Shown here piece by piece: positions 1-8,300 of a DNA stretch of 32,000 bases. Under the pieces are notes generated by a model, which worked only from the letters and a program-made list of their open reading frames with translations, did not search any database and was not told the origin of the DNA. Numbering within the stretch: position 1 is the stretch's first letter; each line of letters opens with the position of its first letter. Source of the stretch: an uncultured Candidatus Saccharibacteria bacterium (GTDB taxonomy: Bacteria; Patescibacteriota; UBA1384; XYA2-FULL-43-10; 1-14-0-10-43-13); the NCBI GenBank assembly GCA_964543385.1, contig CAZIYE010000002.1:1-32000 (forward strand), in the 5' to 3' direction. The position numbers and the translations under genes are program-made.

Positions 1-66
1 GTAGATGACAAACTAAAATCCCTCAATCAGAAGATAGAGATGAGCAAGAAATCTACTAATAAATAA
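1..66 (+). CDS. 3' end of an upstream gene entering the window (...VDDKLKSLNQKIEMSKKSTNK*)
   Basis: Frame 1 is open from base 1 to TAA at 64-66. Only 21 codons are visible, so no family can be assigned. Confidence 0.2.
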   Translation, partial: VDDKLKSLNQKIEMSKKSTNK

Positions 67-90
67 CTAATTATAATAGTCACTTGCAAA

Positions 91-119
91 TTGACTTCTT
101 CGGTATTTTTGTGTACAAT
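91..119 (+). promoter_or_regulatory. sigma70-like promoter for the tRNA-Pro/Gly cluster
   Basis: TTGACT (91-96), 17-nt spacer, TACAAT (114-119), about 24 nt upstream of tRNA-Pro. Confidence 0.5.
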
Positions 120-142
120 AATCACATTATTGCGATTTGTTT

Positions 143-218
143 CGGGGATTGGCTCAGTTGGTAGAGCGCCCGCTTTGGGAGCGGGAGGTCGTGAGTTCGA
201 GTCTCGCATCCCCGACCA
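143..218 (+). tRNA. tRNA-Pro (anticodon TGG)
   Basis: Hand-folded cloverleaf: acceptor cggggat/atccccg, anticodon stem cccgc/gcggg with loop tttggga, T-arm gtgag-ttcgagt-ctcgc, encoded CCA. Confidence 0.9.
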
Positions 219-259
219 ATATCAATGAATATGAAATACAAAATCATCCTCCCTGTATT

Positions 260-334
260 GCGGGTATCGTATAGCGGCTATTATGCGACCCTTCCAAGGT
301 TGAGATGCGGGTTCGACTCCCGCTACCCGCTCCA
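260..334 (+). tRNA. tRNA-Gly (anticodon TCC)
   Basis: Acceptor gcgggta/tacccgc, anticodon stem cgacc/ggttg with loop cttccaa, T-arm gcggg-ttcgact-cccgc, encoded CCA. Confidence 0.9.
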
Positions 335-367
335 ATAAATAAGAGGAGGTGGTGTGGTTCGTTTTTT

Positions 368-733
368 TTGTATCTGGTAAGATGGCAATTATCGACATTG
401 ATCCTTGCACCTTCTGTAGCTTTCTTCAAACATTCACCAAGTATTTGGGGCACAAAAGAAGATTGGATTTCAGCAATTGTAGCTAATCTGATAGGCGGCT
501 GTATCTTTTTCTGGGTTGATATATTTATCTTTAAGAGCAAAAGTATCGAGAAATGGGAAATACTCAAAAGCGGCAAGTGTCATGATTGCGGCAAGAGTGA
601 TTTAGTAAAAAGGTTAGTTATAGCGCCTGGCGGGTATGACAAATCAGACGACGAAGAGCCAGAATATAGATGTGTTATGTGCTCAGAAAAGAAGTTAGTT
701 CAGTTAAAGAAACTTAGGAAAATAGCATCGTAA
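368..733 (+). CDS. hypothetical small membrane protein with C-terminal CxxC...CxxC zinc ribbon; start uncertain
   Basis: The track ORF 305-733 begins inside tRNA-Gly, so its ATG cannot be real. The first in-frame alternative start after the tRNA is TTG at 368. One hydrophobic helix (WISAIVANLIGGCIFFWVDIFIF) resembles the last helix of GtrA-like proteins. It is followed by CHDC...CVMC. Confidence 0.35.
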   Translation: MYLVRWQLSTLILAPSVAFFKHSPSIWGTKEDWISAIVANLIGGCIFFWVDIFIFKSKSIEKWEILKSGKCHDCGKSDLVKRLVIAPGGYDKSDDEEPEYRCVMCSEKKLVQLKKLRKIAS

Positions 734-738
734 AATAT

Positions 739-814
739 GGCGGCCATAGTGAAGTGGTTATCACGGCAGTTTGTGGCACTGCAATGATGGGTTCAATTCC
801 CGTTGGCCGCCCCA
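739..814 (+). tRNA. tRNA-His (anticodon GTG) with encoded G-1
   Basis: Extra 5' G (739) pairs with discriminator C811. Anticodon stem gcagt/actgc with loop ttgtggc, T-arm atggg-ttcaatt-cccgt, encoded CCA. Confidence 0.9.
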
Positions 815-820
815 AAATTT

Positions 821-897
821 GCGTCCATAGCTCAGCTGGATAGAGCGCCTGTCTTCGGAACAGGAGGTCGGGGGTTCGAATCCCTCTGGGCGTACCA
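821..897 (+). tRNA. tRNA-Arg (anticodon TCG)
   Basis: Acceptor gcgtcca/tgggcgt, D-arm gctc-agctggat-agagc, anticodon stem cctgt/acagg with loop cttcgga, T-arm ggggg-ttcgaat-ccctc, encoded CCA. Confidence 0.9.
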
Positions 898-902
898 GTA
901 AG

Positions 903-2540
903 TTATACGATAAGAATTAAAGTTATTTGAGGCAAATCTAGTCGATTTGTAGAGGGATGAGAACCACCGACAGATTTGAGAAGTGGGTTGGGGGACCCGC
1001 AGGTGAGAATCCCTCTGGGCGTACCAAGAAGGACAGGCTTCCTTTGAAAAGCCAATAATGCAGTCCAGAAGGGACTAATCTCGGTGTTTAAGTAGTCATT
1101 TCCGTCCCATGGCAACCCATTAGGGTATATTGAACACATGAGCGTGCGCTTCTGTTTTAGGTCAGATTTTAGGTAAGTTTCGGTGATATTTACAAGCTTT
1201 GTTTTGACAAAAATAGTGATGGCTTCCAAATTATACTTTTGGATTAGGTCATCATTTTTTGTTACATTAAGAGCCTGAATCTTTTCTTCGACCTTTCTAT
1301 TTTGCTCCTTAAAAATATCGTCAGAGTAAACTCCTTGGATATTTTTCTCAATCAGAATCTGGCGAAAGTCATAGAGCTTCTTTAACTCCGTATCAGCAAT
1401 CTCGCGTCTTTTTTGCAGCGTTGTTAGCCGTTCGCGATATTTTTGTCGGAGCCAAGCATTAAAATAGTCTGCCGTCTCTGCTTTTGGTTTTATGCCACCC
1501 AACAGCTCCTCAGTTTTATCATCTATCTTCACTCGATTTGTATTCGTCCCTTTGCAGCGATGCGGGCAGAAATAGTAGGGATAGCGTTGGTTTTTGCCCT
1601 TGCACCAGCCGGCAGTTAAAGATGCACCGCAAATACTACACTTAACAATTCGGCGGAGCGGGAAGTCTGGATTATCAACGTTTCTTCGGGCTAGTGGCTT
1701 AGAAATATTCACATTTCTTCCATCTAAGACCGCTTGCACCTTGTAAAATTGCTCCTCGGTTACCATCGCCGGATGCTGACCTTGAACTTCAAGGTTGTAT
1801 TTTTTTGAAAAGACTTTTCCCATATAAAACTTGTTTTTAAATATTTTACTCAAAGTTTGCGCCCTGATCATGCCCTCCTTGCCGTCTCTTTTGCCGCCTT
1901 TAATTCCGGCATCTCTTAAGATTTGCGCAACCTCTTTCAATGTCTTGTGCTCGGTTGCTATCAAGTCCCATGCTTTTCTGACCAGATCGAAAGTTTCCGG
2001 ATCTTTGACAGCGTAACCGCTTTGATTAAGATAGCCAAGCGGAACAAAGCCGTTGCTAAGTCCTGACATAAATCGAGCTTTCATACCATTTTTTGATCTC
2101 TCGCTTCTAACATCATTATCCATCTGCGCAAAACCAGCGAGCATTGTTTCGATAAACTTTTCCGTTGGGCTGCTGCCAGTAGGCTCTGTCGCAGAAACCA
2201 GCTTAATATCACATTCAGCCAACTTCTTTCGGATAGCCAAATAGTCGGCTGTTTGGCGTGAGATTCGATCTAGTCGATAGACAATAACTGCTTCCACCTC
2301 TTTCTTGTGCTGCCGGCAATATTCGAGCATTTCAAGCAGAGCAGGTCTGCCAGCAATTGTCTTTGCAGATTTGCCTTCATCTCGAAAGATTTCGCCAACT
2401 TCTAGCTTTCGTTTCTCGGCTTCTTTTTTACAAATATTTTCCTGAGTTTCGAGAGAATAATTATCAACCTGTTCTTCGGTTGAAACCCGCAGATAGATTA
2501 CCGCTTTCGAAGCTTGCGCCGGAAAAATGTTATTCATCAC
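903..2540 (-). CDS. large serine recombinase (resolvase/invertase N-domain, recombinase domain, zinc ribbon with coiled coil)
   Basis: N-terminus AVIYLRVSTEEQ...YRLDRISR is the resolvase catalytic domain. CSICGASLTAGWC...YYFCPHRC is the zinc ribbon, followed by a coiled-coil segment. The last ~40 codons run through the tRNA-derived repeat, so the C-terminus may be chimeric. Confidence 0.9.
   Translation of the reverse strand: MMNNIFPAQASKAVIYLRVSTEEQVDNYSLETQENICKKEAEKRKLEVGEIFRDEGKSAKTIAGRPALLEMLEYCRQHKKEVEAVIVYRLDRISRQTADYLAIRKKLAECDIKLVSATEPTGSSPTEKFIETMLAGFAQMDNDVRSERSKNGMKARFMSGLSNGFVPLGYLNQSGYAVKDPETFDLVRKAWDLIATEHKTLKEVAQILRDAGIKGGKRDGKEGMIRAQTLSKIFKNKFYMGKVFSKKYNLEVQGQHPAMVTEEQFYKVQAVLDGRNVNISKPLARRNVDNPDFPLRRIVKCSICGASLTAGWCKGKNQRYPYYFCPHRCKGTNTNRVKIDDKTEELLGGIKPKAETADYFNAWLRQKYRERLTTLQKRREIADTELKKLYDFRQILIEKNIQGVYSDDIFKEQNRKVEEKIQALNVTKNDDLIQKYNLEAITIFVKTKLVNITETYLKSDLKQKRTLMCSIYPNGLPWDGNDYLNTEISPFWTALLAFQRKPVLLGTPRGILTCGSPNPLLKSVGGSHPSTNRLDLPQITLILIV
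1007..1026 (+). repeat. exact 20-bp direct repeat of the tRNA-Arg(TCG) 3' end (att-like scar)
   Basis: gaatccctctgggcgtacca at 878-897 recurs identically at 1007-1026 in the same orientation. Similarity degrades upstream (ggtgagaat versus ggttcgaat). Confidence 0.85.
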
Positions 2541-2866
2541 CCCTCCCTTAATACCTCTCTTAATGTTTTGTTATTGAAAATTTGTCTCTCAAATTCATCC
2601 ATCCAACAGTCGAGCAGAAACTCAAATTCCGTTAAATGCGCTTGGAGTTCTGAGTCGGAAAGGCTGGTTGCAACATCACCGAGTATCTTTCTCGCCCTGG
2701 CTAATTTATTTTCTGCTTTATCAAAATCAAAGATATTTTCGAGGGCTGATTCAATCGAGTTGTCTTTGTGTTCTGAAAAATTGACTGCTGGCTCTTTGAC
2801 TACTGGATAATTAGTCACAAATTGAGTTCTTGCAATTGGATTTAGAAGTTGTAGTTGACCGGACAT
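2537..2866 (-). CDS. hypothetical 109-aa acidic protein, translationally coupled to the recombinase
   Basis: AGGAGG (2874-2879, minus strand) sits 7 nt upstream of the ATG. The stop overlaps the recombinase start (ATGA). No recognisable domain. Confidence 0.55.
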   Translation of the reverse strand: MSGQLQLLNPIARTQFVTNYPVVKEPAVNFSEHKDNSIESALENIFDFDKAENKLARARKILGDVATSLSDSELQAHLTEFEFLLDCWMDEFERQIFNNKTLREVLREG

Positions 2867-2881
2867 TGAACACCCTCCTAT

Positions 2882-2921
2882 CTATGACTATATCCATAGT
2901 TTACTATGGATATAGTCATAG
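2882..2921. promoter_or_regulatory. perfect 40-bp palindrome (19-bp arms around a central TT) overlapping the promoter of the small ORF-recombinase operon
   Basis: ctatgactatatccatagt-TT-actatggatatagtcatag, checked base by base. On the minus strand, TTGACA (2927-2922), 18 nt, then TAAACT (2903-2898) places the -10 on the palindrome centre. Confidence 0.85.
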
Positions 2922-2956
2922 TGTCAAGAGAAATGGTCGATAGTTTATCAATAAAA

Positions 2957-2991
2957 TAGCCAGTCCTAGAGTACAAATATAGGTGTTCAAA
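2957..2991 (+). repeat. copy C of the bipartite motif TAGCCAG...AGGTGTTCAAA
   Basis: tagccag at 2957-2963 and aggtgttcaaa at 2981-2991. The same two blocks occur at 9324-9347 and, with a 1-nt variant in each block, at 19895-19918. Confidence 0.7.
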
Positions 2992-3006
2992 TATACGCCA
3001 ATTTAA

Positions 3007-3804
3007 CTACGCTTTTTCCCAAACATCACCGCCAGATTCATTCGATTTGAGGCTCTCTAGTAAGGCGAACTGAATCGTAAAATCAGCATCTGGGTACTCA
3101 TCGGCTCTGAGTCTTCGAGTATACCTTTTGGCATAAATTAGTAGGTACATCGAATGACAAACAAAAAGTAGAGTCGGGAATTCATCCTCTATGTTATCCT
3201 CCCAGCCATTGGAATAGTACAGATCAAAATATCTTTTAATTTTATTACGGACTAAGGCGAAAGAAGAATATCTCTCAATTACTTCTAATAGGTAATACAT
3301 TGTCACACTTTTGTTACTTGCTCGCTTTGCAAAAAGAAGTTCGGGCTTAATCTTGGCCTCCGTCAGGAAACAATAATCCGAATATGGCTCAGCCAATTCT
3401 GTTTTGGTTATAACTGAAGAATTCTCCGCTTCCATATTTTTATTTAAAAAAGCCAGGCTAAGATCAGCAAGCAAAAGGGCATCGGTAATATGACCAGATG
3501 ATCCAGACCCTGCTTCTGTTGTTATCTTAGGGAAGTACTTAGGGGTGATGAGATATTTTTTCGACAAATACGGAAGACTGTTAGGAGCTAGGTAATAGAT
3601 AGATGGCCTTGTTCTTTCGACATAGCCGTTTGACCAGATTCTTTTTAGATATTCATTTTCTGTTAGGTCTTTAAGCCAGCTGTTTATTCTTCTATGATCT
3701 TTATGTTTTAGGAATGATTGTATCTGTATTCTGTTTAGGAATTTGAATTTATATATTAGAGTTAGGATTTCTTGTTGTTTAGTTGTTATTGTTTGATTTG
3801 TCAT
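3007..3804 (-). CDS. replication-relaxation family-like protein (N-terminal winged-helix-like region)
   Basis: The N-terminus (TKQQEILTLIYKFKFLNRIQIQSFL...INSWLKDLTENEYLKR) matches my recollection of the Replic_Relax pattern (LT..IL..L..R.LT..QI...RL..L...GLV.R). No search was run. Confidence 0.45.
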   Translation of the reverse strand: MTNQTITTKQQEILTLIYKFKFLNRIQIQSFLKHKDHRRINSWLKDLTENEYLKRIWSNGYVERTRPSIYYLAPNSLPYLSKKYLITPKYFPKITTEAGSGSSGHITDALLLADLSLAFLNKNMEAENSSVITKTELAEPYSDYCFLTEAKIKPELLFAKRASNKSVTMYYLLEVIERYSSFALVRNKIKRYFDLYYSNGWEDNIEDEFPTLLFVCHSMYLLIYAKRYTRRLRADEYPDADFTIQFALLESLKSNESGGDVWEKA

Positions 3805-3850
3805 GTTTTTTTGATTGATTATTTTTAGGACGAGTATTATTTATTTTTTC

Positions 3851-3887
3851 CCTAACCTACCTAACCATATATGTGTATAGGGTAGGT
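3851..3887. repeat. short direct and inverted repeats upstream of the replication-relaxation-like gene
   Basis: cctaacc at 3851-3857 and 3860-3866. acctacc (3855-3861) is inverted with ggtaggt (3881-3887). Confidence 0.5.
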
Positions 3888-3937
3888 GCTAAATATTTTC
3901 AAATTTAGCTTCAAAAACCCATATTTTTTGCCACAGA

Positions 3938-3963
3938 TGACTGGGACAATTGACTGGGACAAA
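3938..3963 (+). repeat. tandem 13-mer, iteron-like
   Basis: tgactgggacaat (3938-3950) is followed directly by tgactgggacaaa (3951-3963), 12/13 identical. Confidence 0.8.
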
Positions 3964-4265
3964 ACACTGGCCATCTAATACATTGTATAACACAAAATAT
4001 GAAGGCCTCCAAGCCCAGAATGAGTTATTATGATATCTCTCTGAAACAGACTGAAAAATGCAGTTTTATTAAGCTGAAAAATTTCTCAGCTAATTCTTAG
4101 TTCTTACTATAGTATTGGTGTAGTTTTTAAAAGAGACTTTGTTATTTTGAAGAACTAGGGCAAAAATTAACTACATATCCAATTTTTGATATTATCTGTA
4201 AATACTGCTTAAGGGATTGTCTAGATAGTGTGGAATTTATGGATTTATTAGAGACCGATATTGTT

Positions 4266-5213
4266 TTAGGTACGGACATTTTGCACTTTTAGCCTGAGGA
4301 CTTGATTCGGTGTTTTGCCGTTCAGTCCGCAGTGTTTTAAATCATTGTAATACATATTCCAAAGCTTTGCTTGGTATTTTAATTCCTCCTCTGTTTTGTA
4401 TCTAATCTTCTCATAAAAACTCTCCTGATCAGATCGATGACTTCTCTCAACGCAACCGTTTTGAGCTGGTTTGCCTGGGTCAATCAAGTAATGAGCGATA
4501 TCTAATCTCTCGCACTCAATATCTAGCGGATGAAGGTTTGGGTTAAATGGATCTTTGCTCTTAAGATAGCCGGTGTATCTGTTTGTGAAGATGCTGCCAT
4601 TGTCAGTCTTAATTGCTTTAATCCGGTACGGAAACCTTTGAATTACCTCGTTTAGGAAGTTCAGAGCATCAACATTGGCTTGCTGGTCATAGATCTTTAG
4701 GTAGCGCCATCTGGAGGCGCAGTCTATGGCAGTGAACTGGTAATACCTCTTCTCGTTGATCTTATCTGGCACGTATTTGACATCGATCTCAATTAGTTCA
4801 CCGGGCAGGAGTAGTGTCTTTGGCTTCTGTGGATACTGCTTCCTTGTGCGGTATTTCCGAGTCAGGCCGTCTGTCTTTAGGATCTTGCCAATAGTTCTCT
4901 CGTGGAGAAAGATGCCTTCGTCCGCCAGATCCCACTTGATCTTTAGAGCACACTCGTCGTTCATCTCGTGGCGCAGCTCCAGCACCCGTTCTTTGATTCT
5001 GATTGGCGTTTCGTTGGGCTGAGACCTTGGTCTGGTTGAGTGGTTTTCAAGGCCGGCCAATCCATCCTCTCGGTATTGTTTTAACCAATACTTAATGGCT
5101 CTTTCTGAGAAAGGACAGACCAAGGCAAGGTCTTTAATCTTCATCCTTTTTTCCAAGACAGGAGTAATCCATCTTAGTTTTTCTTCTTGTGTCGAATTGG
5201 GCATTATCTTCAT
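4266..5213 (-). CDS. IS481-family DDE transposase (HTH plus rve integrase core)
   Basis: N-terminal HTH region (...YWLKQYREDGLAGLENHSTRPRSQP). DDE triad context IEIDVKY / IKTDNGS / NGCVERSHRS. GGAG upstream of the ATG. Confidence 0.9.
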   Translation of the reverse strand: MKIMPNSTQEEKLRWITPVLEKRMKIKDLALVCPFSERAIKYWLKQYREDGLAGLENHSTRPRSQPNETPIRIKERVLELRHEMNDECALKIKWDLADEGIFLHERTIGKILKTDGLTRKYRTRKQYPQKPKTLLLPGELIEIDVKYVPDKINEKRYYQFTAIDCASRWRYLKIYDQQANVDALNFLNEVIQRFPYRIKAIKTDNGSIFTNRYTGYLKSKDPFNPNLHPLDIECERLDIAHYLIDPGKPAQNGCVERSHRSDQESFYEKIRYKTEEELKYQAKLWNMYYNDLKHCGLNGKTPNQVLRLKVQNVRT

Positions 5214-5249
5214 GCTCCAAGTTAACCAAAAAGTGCAAAAAGTGTGTAC
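4270..5249 (-). mobile_element. IS481-family insertion sequence (~1 kb)
   Basis: Single DDE transposase flanked by imperfect inverted repeats: gtacggacattttgcactttt (4270-4290) versus the reverse complement of 5229-5249 (gtacacactttttgcactttt), 18/21. No target-site duplication could be identified, so the exact ends are +/- ~10 bp. Confidence 0.65.
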
Positions 5250-5265
5250 ACATTACCATATTTAC

Positions 5266-5295
5266 TTGAAGAAATAGCGGCCACTATTGTATAAT
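5266..5295 (+). promoter_or_regulatory. candidate promoter of the surface-protein gene
   Basis: TTGAAG (5266-5271), 18 nt, TATAAT (5290-5295), about 17 bp outside the IS right end. Confidence 0.45.
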
Positions 5296-5319
5296 ATAAA
5301 CAGTTGAAAAATTATCTTT

Positions 5320-8300
5320 GTGAGGGCCATGATTAAAAAAAGCAGTTACCTTAAAATTTGCTTCGTCATATTTCTAATTTTGGGAATTTCTTTTCCACCT
5401 GTTTCAAGAATTGCTAAAGCGAGTAATCCAACTTACTATGTTAGTGTTATCAATGGACAACTGAAATACCGTCTTGATAATTGGCCTGACGGAAGTAACG
5501 GCACTATTCCAAATCCGAGTGATTTAAACCAGTTATTCTTTGACCTGAACAATGACAAGAGTATAGTTCTTGATGCTGGCACATATTCTGGAACGTTGCT
5601 AGATGCCACAGACGGTATTGATATTGGGCGATCCGGACAACACATTCGCTCTGCTGTCAGTACTGATCCTGATTATGCAAATCGATTAGGCGAGGTAATC
5701 ATCGATGGGGCAGGCATGAATGATGATGTTTTTGTTCTAAATGCCTCCAATAATATCTCCGGCATCACTATTCGGGGAGCTGATGGGGGAAAGAGAAACT
5801 TGGTTATCTCTAGTGGGACAGCAATTATCAATGACATGATTTTGTCGGGCGGTGATTCCGGTTTTCTTTTTTCCGGTTCTAGTAATGTGACATTAAATCG
5901 TGTAAAAGTGAGTAACGTTAGCAGTTATATCGGCGATGTCAACGGAGCTTCGGCAAACACTACTTTTAATTATGGCCAATTTACCGACAATGCCAGTCCG
6001 ATCAGAGTTTTTAATGGCAATTTGACAGTTAATAATTCAACCCTTGCCGGCACAAAGAACGAAGCGATTTATATAGCTAATAACAATGGCCAGCAAGTCA
6101 TGGTAAATAACAGCATTATTACAGCATCCAGTACTGATAACGCCAATAAAAATGCAATTTTAAATAGCTCCTCAAATGCGAGTTGCACGGTAAACAATAC
6201 TCTCATCCACTCAAATCCGATGAATGGGAATTACTTAACTAGCGGCTGCACCTTAAACAATGCGACGACTGATGAAGCTGCTGGTTTCATTTCGCCAAAG
6301 AGGCAGGGAATGGTTTCGATTGTGATTGACGACGCTGCTAGCAAAGACTGGTTCGGCACGATGGCCGACCTAGCTGAAGAGAGAAATTTCCGGCTTACTT
6401 GGGCCGTCGACACAAGATACATGTCAATTCATGAATACTGGGGTAGTGCTATCGATTTTGCAAACCGCGGCCATGAAATTGCTTCCCACTCCAGCTCTCA
6501 TTCTTATCTGACAGAGTTAAGAGGTATTAATATTCAGTACATTGGGACCGGTGCTGCGGCGACCTTGTCGATCGATGCTGCAACAAAAACCCTAACAACC
6601 TCTGTGGCTGACAAGCCATCCGATAACCTTTCTATCAACTTAAACAATTACACACTTCATGGTCTAGCCAATTTTATTGCTAGTTCTAAGGGTGGTTCGG
6701 CCTACGTGGGCACAATTGCGTCAAGTAACAACAATGAAGTTCCTGCCAGCATTTTAAGCACAGTTTCAAATCAAAGCATCAAAGAATCCATTTATATTGC
6801 CAATTTAAATGCTGATGCATACTACAGTTATGAAATACAAGGGTCAAAAACAGCAATCGAAACACAGATCGGCAATGGGTATGTGGTAAAATCTTTACAC
6901 TATCCTTTCTGGCAAAGCAACTCTAACGTCAGAGACGCAGTCTCATCTGCCGGATATATTGGCGCAAGAGGCTTTGATGGTACTCGCTTGATTTCCGATA
7001 TTGCCGCCTTTGAAACATACGGAATTCAAGTCGGAAACCTTTTTGGAGCTTTAAACACTAATCCAAACGAGACCCAAATAAAAGGAAGAGTTCATGCCTT
7101 GGCGCAATATCTTAATCATGTCGGTGGATTTATCACGCTTGTTGCGCACAATAGCTTAATGGAGGGCGACTATACTCAACAGGAGTGGATCTGGGTGATG
7201 GACGCGCTAAAGGAAAGCGGTATTCAAGTTTTACCATACGGCGAAGCAATAGAAGGGATAATTCAAGATGCAGAGTCTACCAGTGGAAGTGACGGGAGTC
7301 TTCATTATCTTAGAAGTCAATTGCACCTAGGAGATCAATCGGATTATAGTCTGAGTCCTTTGTCGGTTGGAATAGATGCTGGTTCTAATCTTAGCCTAAC
7401 AGCAGACTTTCTCGGGAATCCAGTTTATGGCTCCCCGGACCTTGGCGCTTTTGAATTTCAACCTAATTATCTCATTGGCGATGATCAAATTGACATAACT
7501 GCCGGCGCTAAAATCTATGCTGATGGCAAGTTTCGCAATCTTGGAACTAGCTCTGGAAATATCGCTGACTTAGTTGTCAAACCAGAGGGTGGCAATTTCA
7601 GTACTTATGGACAAAATGAAACTAGACCCGTCTGGCTTGAAATTGAGAATATTGTTTGGTCAAATACCGGCACCCGACATAAGCAATGGGTGGAAAACTC
7701 TGATTTCCCTGGTCTTACAAATACTTTGCATGTTGTTGGTGATTTGTTACCGAGTAAATTATATAATGTTAAAGTAGATAGCGTGCTCGGGCAGAATATT
7801 ACGGGTGATGCATGTACTTCTGGTGTTTGCCGATCTGACTCAAATGGGCAAATAACCTTCACCTATACAGGCACTTATTCTGCACACACCTTTGATATCG
7901 AAGAGGGTGATAATTTTGGACCTCAAATTGTGAGTGTCACCGCTGAAAACCAGGATGGTTATTATTATGCTGGCGACACTCTCAATATTCTAGTCGAGTT
8001 CTCTGAGAACGTAGCTGTTGCTGGGATTCCTCGACTGCAGATGCGTACTAATAATGGAGATAAATATGCAAATTATTATTCTGGTAGCAACTCTTCTGTA
8101 TTAGTATTCAATTATTTAGTCGAGATTGGCGACCGGACTGATGATCTAGACTATTCTAATGTTGATTCTTTGGATCTTAATTCTGGAACAATCCGAGATT
8201 CTGTTGGTAATGATGCGGTTTTGTTATTGCCGCTTCCTGGTCAGCAATACTCGTTGGGCTTTAACAAGACTATTATTATTGATCAGGAGCAGCCTGTCGT

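Larger units (their letters stand above)
898..4269. mobile_element. putative integrated plasmid-like element core (serine recombinase, small coupled ORF, replication-relaxation-like protein, iteron-like noncoding region); limits uncertain
   Basis: It lies next to a tRNA whose 3' end is duplicated. It contains recombinase and replication-type genes. Its right side is interrupted or followed by an IS. Confidence 0.45.

Noticed and set aside
27-576. Track ORFs 27-209(-), 222-410(-) and 244-576(-), and the 305 start of the + ORF
   Set aside because: They overlap or are antisense to tRNA-Pro and tRNA-Gly. Their translations are low-complexity read-through of tRNA sequence.
4255-5265. Target-site duplication flanking the IS481 element
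   Set aside because: No convincing direct repeat could be found next to the inferred ends, so none is reported.
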